From NCBI GenBank assembly GCA_038087875.1, contig CM075998.1, positions 3,536,001-3,600,000 on the forward strand: a DNA stretch of 64,000 nt, given 5' to 3'. Below, piece after piece: positions 37,769 to 49,972 of the stretch. Made by a program: the position numbers and the translations under genes. The first letter of the stretch is position 1, and each line of letters begins with the position of its first letter. This DNA comes from Malacoraja senta (taxonomy: Eukaryota). The notes beneath the pieces are model-generated. The model saw nothing but the letters and a program-made list of their open reading frames with translations, was not told the DNA's origin and ran no database searches.

Positions 37769-38876
37769 AGTGCTGGAGTAACTCAGCGGGTCAGGCAGCA
37801 TCTCTGGAGAAAAAGGGAGGGTGAAGTCTCAGGTCTGGACCCTTCTTCAGATTCAAACTTTCAGACACCCATCCTTTTACTCCTGAGATGCTGCCTGACC
37901 CGCTGAGTTACTCCAGGGTTGATCCAGTTACACACAGTAGCACAGTTGTGCTGACTCACAGAGCCAGAGACCCTTCGGCCCACCGAGTCCGTGCCGACCA
38001 GCGATCCCCGCACACTGTCCTACACACACGAGGGACAATTTGCAGTTTTTACCAAAGCCAATTAACATACAAGCCTGTTTAAGAAGGAACTGCAGATGCT
38101 GGAAAATCGAAGGTAGACAAAAATGCTGGAGAAACTCAGCGGGTTTCTCCAGCATTTTTGTCTCCCTAACATACAAGCCTGTACGTCTTTGGAGTGTGGG
38201 AGGAAACCGGAGCACTTGGGGAAAACCCACGCAGGTCACGGGGAGAAGGTACAAACTCCGTACAGACAGCACCCGTGGTCAGGATGGAACCCGGGTCTCT
38301 GGCGCTGTGAGGCAGCAACTCTACCGCTGTGCCGAAGGGCCTTTTTCCATGCTGTATAACTAAACTAAGGTAAACCATGGAATATCTGACTGCTTCGGAT
38401 TCCTATCAGCTGATGAATCCACATCAGCACCTGGGCTTTCGTACTCAGAAAAACAAGCTTTGATTCAGCGCAAGCAGAGAGGGGAACAAAAACAGTGGAG
38501 ATTTGTTCTCAACAATAGAACAATTCAAAGGCAGAAACAAAGCCATTTTTGTATCTGTGAATTGCAGAATATCCGCCGATTGCAGCTCCCTTTCTGTTCG
38601 AGTGGGGTCACAGTCCCGAAGCGCGGGGAGAGAGGTTGCTGCTCACACAGACAAAAACAACATCCTGCTGGGAGCTCACTTCTCGCCACCTCCCTGCCGC
38701 CGGCTACAGTGGCTTCACCCGGGGAGTGGGTTCACCAGCGGGTCAGCCCCCCCCCGGGCAATCCCCGCTCCCCCTCTCTCACGTGAGTTTTCCTTAATCA
38801 CAAAATAACAACCCCGAATCCGGGAAGCGTCGGGCAGCGCCTGTGGGGAGAGAGAGAGAGAGAAAAAACACACAGT

Positions 38877-39190
38877 GGGCGGCACACAGTGGCGCAGCGG
38901 GTAGCTGCCTCACCGTGCCACAGACTCGGGTTCCACCCGACCTCGGGTGCTGTCTGTGTGGAGTTTACTCGTTCTACATGTGACCACGTGGGTTTCCTCC
39001 GGGTGCTCGGGTTTCCTCCCACATCCCAAAGACGTGCGGGTTTGTAGGTCTACTGGCCCTCTGTAAATTGCCCCCCTAGTGTGTAGGGAGTGGATGAGAA
39101 AGTGGGATAACATCGAATTAGTGTGAACGGGTGATTGGTGGTCGTTGAGGATTAGATGGGCCGAAGGGCCTGTTTCCCTGCTGTATCAGA
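38877..39190 (+). mobile_element. tRNA SINE, older HE1-related subfamily
   Basis: GGGCGGCACACAGTGGCGCAGCGG head, core, GGGCCGAAGGGCCTGTT end. Confidence 0.8.
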
Positions 39191-39544
39191 CTTCCACCAT
39201 TTCCAGATTTCTGATTTTTAGGCGGTAATCGATTGGCCTTTGAACAGTTTTGTTTGCCAGCTAAAACATGGTGCGATGAAAACAATTGCTTAGTTTGCAG
39301 CATGGAAACAGGCCCTTCGGCCCACCATGTCCATGCCGACCATTAATCACCCATTCATACTAGTTGTATGTTGCCCAATTTTCTCATCCACTCCCTGCAC
39401 ACTAAGGACAATTTACAGAGGGCCAATTAACCTACAAACCTGCACGCCTTTGGAACGTGGGAGGAAACTGGAGGAAACCCACGCAGTCACTGGGAGAACG
39501 TGCAAGCTCCACACAGACAACAACGGAGGCAGCACTACCTACTG

Positions 39545-40760
39545 TATCCGAAGATAGACCCAAAAAGGAAGGGTAACTCCAGAGACGCGAGGAGCATCTC
39601 TGGAGAGAAGGAATGGGTGACGTTTCGGGCCGAGACCCTTCGGGAAAGGGAAACGAGAGATAAAGAACAATGAATGAAAGATATGCAAAAATAGTAACGA
39701 TGATAAAGGAAACAGGCCATTGTTAGCTGTTTGTTGGGTGAGAACGAGAAGCTGGTGCGACTTGGGTGGGGGAGGGATAGAGAGAGAGGGAATGCCGGGG
39801 CTACCTGAAGTGAGAAAAATCAATATTCATACCACTGGGCTGTAAGCTGCCCAAGCGATATATAATAATAATAATAATGAATTTTATTTACGGGCGCCTT
39901 ATACCGAGGTCTCAAGGACACCTTACAGAGATTTATAGGAAACATATAATCAGAATTTAAAAAATAAGTTATAAAGACCAATACACAAATCAGGGACAGA
40001 ATTCCTTCCAAAAAGACAAAAAAAGAAAATCAGAAGCACAATTTGAGGAGAGAGCAGCGGCAACGAAAACCGCGCCAGCGTCCACTCTCCCCTCCGATAT
40101 ATGAGATGCTGTTGGTAGACAAAACTGCTGGAGAAACTCAGCGGGTGAGGCAGCATCTATGGAGCGAAGGAAATAGGCGACGTTTCGGGTCAAGACCCTT
40201 CTTACGACCCGAAACGTCGCCTATTTCCTTCGCTCCATAGATGCTGCCTCACCCGCTGAGTTTCTCCAGCATTTTTGTCTACCTTCGATTTTCCAGCATC
40301 TGCAGTTCCTCCTTAAACATATGAGATGCTGTTCATCTGCTGTATTCGTTGTTCTTGATGTGGACTCGTATACATCGGCGAGACCAAGCGCAGACTGGGC
40401 GATCATTGCGCGGAACACCTTCGCTCAGTCCACCTTGGCCTACGGGATCTCCCGGTTGCCAAACACTTTAAATTCCCTTCCCATTCCCTCTCTCTCTGTT
40501 CCTCCCCCACCCTAGTCGCCTGCTTTCACTGTTCGTATCCTATTGTTATTACCACCTCCAGAGCCAACAATGGACCATTGTGAGCTCCTTGGCCATCGGT
40601 GTCTTCGCTGCTTTATTCTGTACCTTTTCATACCTCTAGTTTCCCTCTCCCCTGAATCTCAGCCTGAAGAAGGGTCTCAACCCGAAACGGCACCTATTCC
40701 ATTCTCTCCAGAGATGCTGCCTGTCCTGCTGAGTTACTCCAGCATTTTGTGTCTATCTCC
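39545..40760. mobile_element. Cluster of Penelope fragments and fold-back repeats
   Basis: Minus-strand 3' piece at 39545-39860, fold-back at ~40112-40320, degraded GIY-YIG at 40330-40480, terminal repeat to ~40760. Confidence 0.75.
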
Positions 40761-41210
40761 AGTGGATTCGTTTAGTTTGGTTCAGTTCAGAGATACAGCG
40801 CGGAAACAGGCCCTTCGGCCCACCCAGACCGTGCCGGCCACCTCCTGGTGATTATTTCGGCGACTGCCGGCGTCATATCAGTGTCGCCAAAAGATTTCGA
40901 ACATTTCAAACTCCTGCGGAGACAAAGATAATGTTGCGACACTTGAAAAAACACCGCGCGTCATTCGTCATCACGCCGCGTCACGCAGCGTCACCGCCGC
41001 ATCACGCCCCCAAATTTTTCGGTGACCTGATACGTCAGGCAATGATGCCGGCAGTTGCCGAAAAAATCGCCAAGTGGGACAGACCCATAACACACACTGG
41101 GGACAATTTTACATTTATACCAAGCCAACTAACCGACAAACCTGTACGCCTTTGGATTGTTGGACTTTAGCTCGGAGCGCTGGAGAACAAAGTGGGGGAG
41201 GTTATACTTA

Positions 41211-41527
41211 AGGGCCTGTTCCACGATGCGAGTTTACCCAAGAGCTCTCCCGAGTTTAAAAAATAATCAAACTCGTGGTAAGTACGTAGAATGTACGTAG
41301 CGGGTACATCGGAGCTCGTGGACGTCTCGTAGCGGCTCGTAACGCTAACGGCAGGTACTCGGGAAACGCGGTAAGCTCATGAAGCTTTTTCAACAGTGTG
41401 AAAATTTTCCAAGAGTGAAGAAATACTCGTGATGAAGTACCACGAGTTTGATTTTTTTTGTTAACTCGGGAGAGCTCTTGGGGTCACTCGTGGAGCCGTG
41501 AACCTTTTGAGCATCTGAACAGGGGCT
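41211..41527. mobile_element. Harbinger-like MITE with a foreign 42-bp segment in its right end
   Basis: Left TIR AGGGCCTGTTCCAC; 41480-41521 is identical to 48130-48171. Confidence 0.75.
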
Positions 41528-42212
41528 TTAATTCCTGCCGAACCTTGGCGAAACTACACCTTAGATTCTTGTGCTCGGTTGACTTCTGCAAGGCTTGGAG
41601 GCGGCACTGTGCTAATTTGCCAGAATGAATTCAGTTGTCTGTGTGGCTGGATAAACTTGGCTTGCATTTCCCTCGCGTTTAGAAGGTCGGGAGGTGATCA
41701 GGTTTAAATGATGTACGGACTCTCGCAGGGAGAAACAATGTCCCTAGCTGTGGGGGCAGTCCGGATCAATGGTCCGTAATATTAAATCCAGGTGGCAAAA
41801 CTACCTGGGATGACGTCAGGAAGTAATTAGTCTATTTGGAACATTTCCACCTGATGTCTGTTGTTGTTGTGGGATAAATGGACATTTAAAGTCCAAGATC
41901 AAAGGGCTTTTCTGGTCTAAGCATATCAAGAGATGATCAAAGGGATAAGGACCCAAAACTTTGATCACCCCTAACTGGCCAGTCACACCATGTGATGTAA
42001 TGCAGTTTATAAAAGTGCCTTACACGCATAGGTATATATCCATTGTTTCCCTTCAAAAAGAAAATGAACTCATAGAGACCGTCTATTAATACATTGTAAA
42101 TGACACAATGAGTTAACTATTTACATTATCGTACAGTTAGAAATTTGAACCTGGCCTGACTTTGTTCAATCGCTTGGTCTTTGTCAAAGCTGCCACAGCC
42201 AGACATAAAAAC

Positions 42213-42412
42213 NNNNNNNNNNNNNNNNNNNNNNNNNNNNNNNNNNNNNNNNNNNNNNNNNNNNNNNNNNNNNNNNNNNNNNNNNNNNNNNNNNNNNNNN
42301 NNNNNNNNNNNNNNNNNNNNNNNNNNNNNNNNNNNNNNNNNNNNNNNNNNNNNNNNNNNNNNNNNNNNNNNNNNNNNNNNNNNNNNNNNNNNNNNNNNNN
42401 NNNNNNNNNNNN
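42213..42412. other. Assembly gap (200 N) with duplicated flanks
   Basis: ~42067-42212 is repeated at ~42413-42564 with small indels. Confidence 0.97.
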
Positions 42413-43189
42413 GACTCATAGTGGAGACCCGTTCTATATATACATTGTAAATGACACAATGGAGTTAACTATTTACATTATCGTACAGTTAGAAATTTGA
42501 ACCTGGCCTGACTTTGTTCAATCGCTTGGTCTTTGTCAAAGCTGCCACAGCCAGACATTAAAAACAGATTTTTTTTTCCACGAGTAGTAGCTCTACTCAA
42601 TAACCAAAAATCTGTAGCCTCCTTTTGCTCTGGTATTTTATTTCATTTGCACGTTTAATGAGAATGTTTTATGATTAATGTTTTATGTGTCATTCCGAAC
42701 TGTCACTGTATGTCATGTTGTCACTTGTGGGCGGAGCACCAAGGCAAATTCTTGTATGTTGAATATACTTGGCCAATAAACTTATTCATTCATGAGTTAG
42801 ATGTGTCCCTTGTGGCTAAAGGGATCAGGGGGTATGGAGAGAAAGCAGGTACAGGATACTGAGTTGGATGATCAGCCATGATCATATTGATGGCGGTGCG
42901 GGCTCGAAGGGCCGAATGGCCTACTCCTGCACCTATTGTCTATGTTTCTATGAAGTTCCCCACTGGAGAGCTGGACCCAAACAGCGATTTTTCCAGCACT
43001 CTACCACAATCTGAAGAAGGGTCCTGACCCGAAGTATCATCTGTCCATTCCCCTCCCCAGATGCTGCTTGACCTGCTGAGTACCTCCAGCACTTTGTATT
43101 TTCCTCAAGTTTCCAGCATCTGCAGTTCCTTGTATCCCTAATGTAATCAACTCACTTAAAAAAAATTATACAAATACTTTTATTCCAAA

Positions 43190-43420
43190 AAAAATTAAAA
43201 TATATATACAAATTAGCACAATCAAAGACTGCCTATGTTGACAGTTTTACAAATTAAATATAACGCCAACTTTATTAACAAAACACTCAACCTCCCGCGG
43301 CGACCAGCATCGGGAAGGCCTCCAAATTCCCCGTAGACACCGTGTGTTATCCTCTGCAGGGACACGCGGGCACGGACGTAACCCCGGAAAAGGGGCAAGC
43401 AGTCAACCTTCAACTACACC
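43190..43420 (-). mobile_element. L1/Tx1-like LINE 3' end (related pieces at ~58100-58650)
   Basis: DCLPLFRGYVRARVSL motif. Confidence 0.6.
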
Positions 43421-44084
43421 TGTATTCAGCTCACATGGATACCCAAGCAGTGTTGATTCCAATATGGTGGCTCCCATGACAAAGGGTCGTAGAGTCGTAC
43501 AGCGTGGAAACAGGCCTTCGGCCCAAATTGGATTATCGGTAGAGTTACTTCCTTACAGTGCCAGAGACCCGGGTTCCATCTTGACCACGGGTGCTGTCTG
43601 TAGGGAGTTTGCCGTTCTCCCCGTGAGTTTTCTCCGGCTGCTTCGGTTTCCTCCCACACTCCAAAGACGTACAGGTTTGTCAGCTTATTGGCTTGGGTAA
43701 AGTTGTAAAGTTGTCCCTCTTGTGTAAGATAGTGTTAGTGTGTGAGGATGGCTCGTCGGCATGGACTCGGTGGGCCGAAGACCTGTTTCAGCGCTGGGTC
43801 TCTAAAATCTAAAGTAAAGGCCCAAAACGTCACCAGTTCATGTTGTCCACAGATGCTGCCTGGCCCGTTGAGTTACTCCAGCACTTTGTGTCCTTGTGTG
43901 TCTTAACTGGCGTCTGCAGTTTGTAGTTTCCGCAGTTTGACTTGCTCAGATAATCCTCTATTTCGGTCAAAGGGGAAACACTTTGAACAAAATACACTTT
44001 TCTGCGGGAATGAACATTGGTTGGAGTGGTTGCCTTGATTTGAGAGACAGGGGCAATACATGTGCCTGTTGTGAGGTAGGCTCA

Positions 44085-44442
44085 ACTGCAGATGCTGGTT
44101 TAAACCCGCAGATAGACACAAAAAGCTGGAGTAACTCAGCGGGACAGGCAGCATCTCTGGGGAGAAGGAAAGGGTGATGTTTCGGGTTGAGATTCAGACT
44201 AGTTAGGACAGACAAAGAACAATGACTGCACCGAGGGGCAGCATTTGTTGTTCTTTATCTCTCTACATCATCGTCTATATCTCTCGTTTCCTTTTCCCTA
44301 ACTAGTCTGAAGAAGGGTCTCGACCCGAAACGTCACCCGTTCCTTCTCTCCAGAGATGCTGCCTGTCCCGCTGAGTTACTCCAGCATTTTGTGTCTATCT
44401 TTCATTCATTTATTCTATATCTCTCTATACTTGTGTAGAGTA
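44085..44442. mobile_element. Fold-back Penelope-derived composite, copy 2
   Basis: TSD AGGTAGGCTCA at 44074-44084 and 44443-44453; junction shared with 7690-8009. Confidence 0.85.
44304..44337 (+). ncRNA. Minimal type I hammerhead ribozyme motif (representative of many copies)
   Basis: CUGAAGA-A-GGGU(CUCG)ACCC-GAAA-CG-UC; predicted cleavage after 44334. Confidence 0.65.
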
Positions 44443-44795
44443 AGGTAGGCTCACTCTGCCCCCCCCCCCCGCCCCCCCACCCCGCTCATTCCCCACCCAC
44501 ACAGCTTGGCTATCGCGACCGAGCGCTTGGAAGGAACCGATGAACTGGAGCGGCAAGGAGCGGAGGAAGGCTGCTCCTTCATGTGTGGCAACGCTGCAGC
44601 CGCTGCCCAGCAATTGAAGTGGCCCCTGATAGAAAGCCAGCTAGCACAGAGGGGGAGGGGGTGAGAGGTGGCACTTTGTACGGTTACCTTGAGTGGGGGG
44701 GGGGGGGGGGGGAATGCTCCCTTGGAAACAGAACACACAGAAACCTGGTGAATAATTCCCATTGCAGCATTCTGATGGAGCGTGTTCTTTGTGAT

Positions 44796-45320
44796 CCAGG
44801 TGCAGCAGAGGTTCACCTGCATCTCCTCCAACCTCATCTATTGCATCCGCTGCTCTAGATGTCAGCTGCTCCACATCGGTGAGACCAAGCGTAGGCTTGG
44901 CGATCGCTTCTCACAACACCTCCGCTCGGTTCGCAATAACCAACCTGATCTCCCTGTGACTCAGCACTTCAACTCCCCGTCCCATTCCCAATCCGACCTT
45001 TCTGTCCTGGGCCTCCTCCATGGTCAGAGTGAGTCCCACCGCAAATGGAGGAGCAGCACCTCATATTTCGCTTGGGCAGTTTGCACCCCAGCGGAATGAA
45101 CATTGACTTCTCCAATTTCAGGTAGTCCCTACTTTCTCCTCCCCTTCCCAGCTCTCCCTCAGCCCACTGGCTCCACCTCTTCCTTTCTTCCTCCCGCCCC
45201 CCCCCCCCCCACCCTCACATCAGTCTGAAGAAGGGTTTCGACCCGAAACGTTGCCTATTTCCTTCGCTCCATAGGTGCTGCCTCACCCGCTGAGTTTCTC
45301 CAGCATTTTTGTCTACCTTC
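44796..45320 (+). mobile_element. Penelope 3' fragment (GIY-YIG plus hammerhead motif at 45222-45255)
   Basis: QVQQRFTCISSNLIYCIRCSRCQLLHIGETKRRLGDRF; CUGAAGA-A-GGGU(UUCG)ACCC-GAAACGUU. Confidence 0.9.
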
Positions 45321-45931
45321 TTTGTGATCAACCGTGATACCTCCCAACAGCAGGGAATGTCCGAATTAAAAAGCGTTACGATTGCAATATTGAAAGTGTC
45401 CGCATTATTTCAGTTTGAGATTTCAGTATACATGAGTGAGTAAGCATCAACAGAGCCCAAGGCATTTTATACATTTGTTGAAAAACAAGATGGTGGCTCG
45501 GGAAAAGGTCGGTCCACTCGAGGACAAAGGAGGGGATCTGTGTCTGGAGCCAGAGGAAGTGTGAGTACTTCACCCGGAGTAGTCACCGAGGAGAAGGTCA
45601 TGGATGATGGTGAGATCAGGGAGGGGTCGGTCCTCCCCAAACCCTTGCTGAGAATATCCCAGCAAGCCACGGCCAAGCCCACCGCCGGCAGGCCCCGGCC
45701 CTCAGTTCAGCTGAAGAAGGGTTTAGGCCCGAAACGTTGCCTATTTCTTTCGCTCCATAGATGCTGCCTCACCCGCTGAGTTTCTCCAGCATTTTTGTCT
45801 ACCTTCGATTCAGTTTATTGTCACGTGTACCTGAGGTACAGTGAAAAGCTGTACCTCACCTATTCCTTTGCTCCAGGGATGCTGCCTGACCCGCTGAGTT
45901 ACTCCAGCGCTTTGTGTCTGTCTTCGGTGGA

Positions 45932-46248
45932 TTAGTTTAGTTTGGTTTAGTTTTGAGCTACAGCGCAGAAACAGGCCCTTCGGCCCTCCGAGTCCGCGCC
46001 GACCAGCGATCCCCGCACACTTACCCTAACTTACACACGCCAGGGACAATTCACATTTAGACCAAGCCAATTAACCCACAAATCTGTGCGTCTTTGGAGT
46101 GTGGGAGGAAACCGGAGCACCCGGAGAAAACCCACGCAGGTCCACGGGGAGAACGTACAAACTCCGTACAGACAGCGCCCGTAGTCGGGACCGAACTCGG
46201 GTCTCCGGCGCTGTGAGGAAGCAACTCTACCGCTGCCCCACCGTGCCA
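45932..46248 (-). mobile_element. HE1-like SINE
   Basis: Matches the in-window SINE consensus. Confidence 0.85.
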
Positions 46249-46724
46249 CTTAACTGGGCTTTGGTAAAAGTGTATATTGACCCAGTGTTACTAATACGGG
46301 CCGATCACTGTTACTGCATTGTATCTCTAAAGTTTAAAGTCTAAACGAGATCTAACATTCCGAAAGACCCTTTCAGCCAGGATAAGTTCCAGGTGAAGGG
46401 GAAAAGATTTAATAGGAATCTGAGGGGTAACTTTTTCACACGGAGGGAGGTGGGTGTGTGGAACGAGCTGCCGGAGGAGGTAGTTGAGGCTGGGACTATC
46501 GTAAAATTTAAGAAAACAGTTGGACAGGTACACGGATGGGACAGGTTTGGAGGGATTATGGGCCAAACGCAGGCTCTAGGGACTAGTGTAGCTGGGACAT
46601 TGTTGGCTTGTGTGGGCAAGTAGGGCCGAAGGCCTGTTTCCACACTGTATCACTCTATGACTATGATTCTATCTCTACTTCAGCACCACGGATACAGACT
46701 GGGGTGTTTACTCCGCCGGGCCTA

Positions 46725-47559
46725 CTCAAGTCAGAGTATAGAAGAGAGATCGAGCAACTGCCCATATGGTGCCAGCACAACAACCTGGGCCTCAACACCA
46801 GCAACCAAGGAACTGATTGTGGACTTTGGAAGGAGTAGGATGGGGACCCACAGTCCCGTTTATATCAACGGGTCGATGGTTTGAAAGGGTCAAGAGCTTC
46901 AAATTCCTGGGCGTGCACATCTCTGAAGATCTGAAGATCTTTCCTGGTCCGAGAACAATGATGCCATTATTAAGAAAGCACATCAGCGCCTCTACTTCCT
47001 GAGAAGATTACGGAGAGTCGGTTTGTCAAGGAGGACTCTCTCTAACTTCTACAGGTGCACAGTAGAGAGCATGCTGACCAGTTGCATCGTGGCTTGGTTC
47101 GGCAACTTGAGTGCCCTGGAGAAGAAAAGACTACAAAAAGTAGTAAACACTGCCCAGTCCATCATCGGCTCTGACCTCCCTTCCATCGAGGGGATCTACC
47201 ACAGTCGCTGCCTCAAAAAGGCTGGCAGCATCATCAAGGACCCACACCATCCTGGCCACACACTCATCTCCCTACTACCTTCAGGTAGAAGGAACAGGAG
47301 CCTGAAGACTGCAACGACCAGGTTCAGGAACAGCTACTTCCCCACAGCCATCAGGCTATTAAACCTGGCTCGGACATAACACTGAACTTTACTAGCCAAT
47401 ACTGTTATTTGCACGTTATCAGTTATTTGACCATTGTGTATATATTTATAGAATGCCTTGTAGTAAATGCCTACTATGTTCTGTTGTGCTCAAGCAAAGC
47501 AAGAATTTCATTGTCCTACCAGGGACACATGACAATAAACTCACTTGACTTGACTTGAC
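46725..47559 (+). mobile_element. Rex1/Babar LINE 3' fragment
   Basis: WCQHNNL.LN...KELIVDF..FKFLGVHIS..KKAHQRLYFLRRL..FYRCTVES..LPSGRR; (CTTGA)n tail. Confidence 0.88.
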
Positions 47560-48256
47560 GTTGATGGCCAGCTCCTCCATTTTGCTGCGATGATGCCAGT
47601 TTCCATCGGTTACACTTAAGTCATACGTGATAGGTGTAGAAGTAGGCCGTTCGGCCCATCGAGTCTACTCCGCCATTCAATCATGGCTGATCTATCTCTC
47701 CCTCCTAACCCCATTCTCCTGCCCTCTCCCCATAACACCTGACGCCCGCACTAATCAAGAACATACCCCAAAGCCCCTGCTCTTTGACTTTGTCTAACCA
47801 GCATCTGTCAAACACTGGGAGCGGGGACAAACAGGCAGGGGATGGGACTGGGAGACAATAAGCTGACAGGGCTCGGCCTGGCATTCTGCGGCGCTTATGG
47901 CCGGCTCGCTTCCTATTTACTGGCGGGGACGGAGTCAGTTGGAGGTGACGGCAGGCTGTCACTTTTCCCCGGGGCTGCCAGAGGCAGGCGGTGGGGCGGG
48001 GAGGAAGTGCAGCAGAGGCAGACAGAAGGAGGAGAGGCAGGGGCTGCTGCTGGAGACATTGAGGCATCGTGTCAATAATGCCGCCCATCCAAAAAGTAGA
48101 CTCCGAAAGCAGTGACCCTGACTTCCCCAGGGGTCACTCGTGGAGCCGTGAACCTTTTGAGCATCTGAACACTTCGATTTAACCCTTTCAGGACCCTCTG
48201 GCATAAAGGACAGGGTTGTGACTGCTGTGTATTCCTTTGCAACACAGTGCAAACTA

Positions 48257-48863
48257 AGCATAGAAGTTGGGAGGTCATGTTGCAGTTGTATAAGGCGTTG
48301 GTGAGACCACATTTCGAATATTGTGTTCAGTTCTGGGCCCCATGTTATTGGAAAGATATTGTCCAGCTTGAAAGGGTTCATGGAAGATTTACCAGGATGT
48401 TGCCAGGACTAGAGGGTGTGAGCTACAGGGAGAGGTTGAGCAGGCTGGGTCTCTATTCCATGGAGCGCAGGAGGATGAGGGGTGATCTTATGGAGGTGTA
48501 TAAAATCATGAGAGGAATAGATCGGGGAGATGCACAGAGTCTTTTACCCAGAGTAGGTGAATCGAGGAGCAGAGGACATAGGTTTAAGGTGAAGGGGAAA
48601 AGATTTAATAGGAATCTGAAGGGTAACTTTTTTACACAGAGAGTGGTGGGTGTATGGAACAAGCTGCCAGAGGAGGTAGTTGAGGCTGGGACTATCCTAA
48701 CGTTTAAGAAGCAGTTGGACAGGTACATGGATAGGACAGGTTTGGAGGGATAGGGACCAAGCGCAGGCAGGTGGGACTAGTGTAGCTGGGACATTGTTGG
48801 CTAGTGTGGGCAAGTTGGGCCGAAGGGCCTGTTTCCACACTGTATCACTCAATGACTCTATGA
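48257..48863 (+). mobile_element. CR1 LINE 3' end, second subfamily
   Basis: LYKALVRPHFEYCVQFWAP...VWNKLPEEVVEAG; ATGACTCT tail. Confidence 0.9.
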
Positions 48864-49098
48864 CACCAGATGCCATGTTCTATATCTCTCTACATCACCG
48901 TCTATATCTCGCGTTTTCCCTATCCCCCGACTCTCAGTCTGAAGGAGGGTCTCGACCCGAAACGTCACCCATTCCTTCTCTCCAGAGACGCTGCCTGTCC
49001 CGCTGAGTTACTCCAGCACCTTGTGTCCATCGCAGGTGTCGTGGAACGAGGAGCTTGCAGACACAAGATTAGCAGGAGGCCGTGTGACTTTGAAAGCA

Positions 49099-49662
49099 AT
49101 ACAATACAATTTTATTTGTCTTTTGGACAAATTTGTCATTTGGACCCCTTGAGGTCCAAACGAAATGTCGTTTCTGCAGACATACATTACAAAACGAAGA
49201 AGACCCGAGACACAACACAATTTACACATACATCCATCACAGCGCTGTGATGGAAGGCAAAAAAAAACGTATCTCTCCACTGCACTCCCCCCCCCCCCCC
49301 GATGTCAGAGTCAAAGTCAAAGCCCCCGGCGGGCGATGGTGATTGTCCCGCAGCCATTAAAGCCACGCCGGTTAATGCAAGGGTCACGCACCGGGTCTTG
49401 GTGTTAGAGCCCCGGCGCGCGCTCGCAAAGTCCGGCGGCCAAAGTCCGCGCGCTCGCAAAGTCTGGCGGCCATTCCAAGCCGCGCGGGGGGATAAAGCCC
49501 CGCTCCAGGTGCTCTTCAACCCCGCAACGCGGGCGGGAGAAGTCGCCGCTGCGGAAGCCCCGAAAAGCGGTCTCCCACCAGGGACCCGCGGGCTTCCGGT
49601 GTTGCCGTCCGCCAGACCCGCGGTTGTAGCCTCCGAATCTCCGGGGGTCGGGTAGCAGCAGC
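49099..49662 (-). mobile_element. CpG-rich non-autonomous retroelement with a hairpin and (ATTGT)n tail
   Basis: Tail hairpin TTTGGACC..GGTCCAAA resembles 61967-62050; GC-rich non-coding body. Confidence 0.5.
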
Positions 49663-49972
49663 GATTGTCCCTCTGCAGCAAATGCCCGAAAGAGCGGGAC
49701 ACTTGGCGATGACTTCATTGCGCAGCGAATCGACTCTTCGATTGTCCGCTCGTGCACAAGGCTTTTGGGCGACCCAGTGGGACGTCTGGCTGCCACCCTC
49801 AGCAATTCCTCCATCTTTGCCCCCCTTCACTCTATCATATGAGCACCATAATATTACCAACACAATGGAGCAAAAACTCGTCAGATAGCTTTTAATATTG
49901 TCTGAAGATAGACACAAAAAGCTGGAGCAACTCAGCGGGACAGCCAGCATCTATGGAAAGAAGGAATTGGTG

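Noticed and set aside
42067..42564. ~146-bp direct repeat flanking the N run
   Set aside because: The copies differ only by small indels at contig ends, which is typical of an unmerged overlap at an assembly gap
45467..45682. Possible host exon
   Set aside because: The plus strand reads VAREKVGPLEDKGGDLCLEPEEV...EKVMDDGEIREG, a CR1 ORF2 linker remnant
47705..48088. Minus-strand ORF with a hydrophobic, signal-peptide-like start
   Set aside because: No recognisable homology or clear splice donor, and it runs into a CR1 tail; an unrecognised exon cannot be fully excluded
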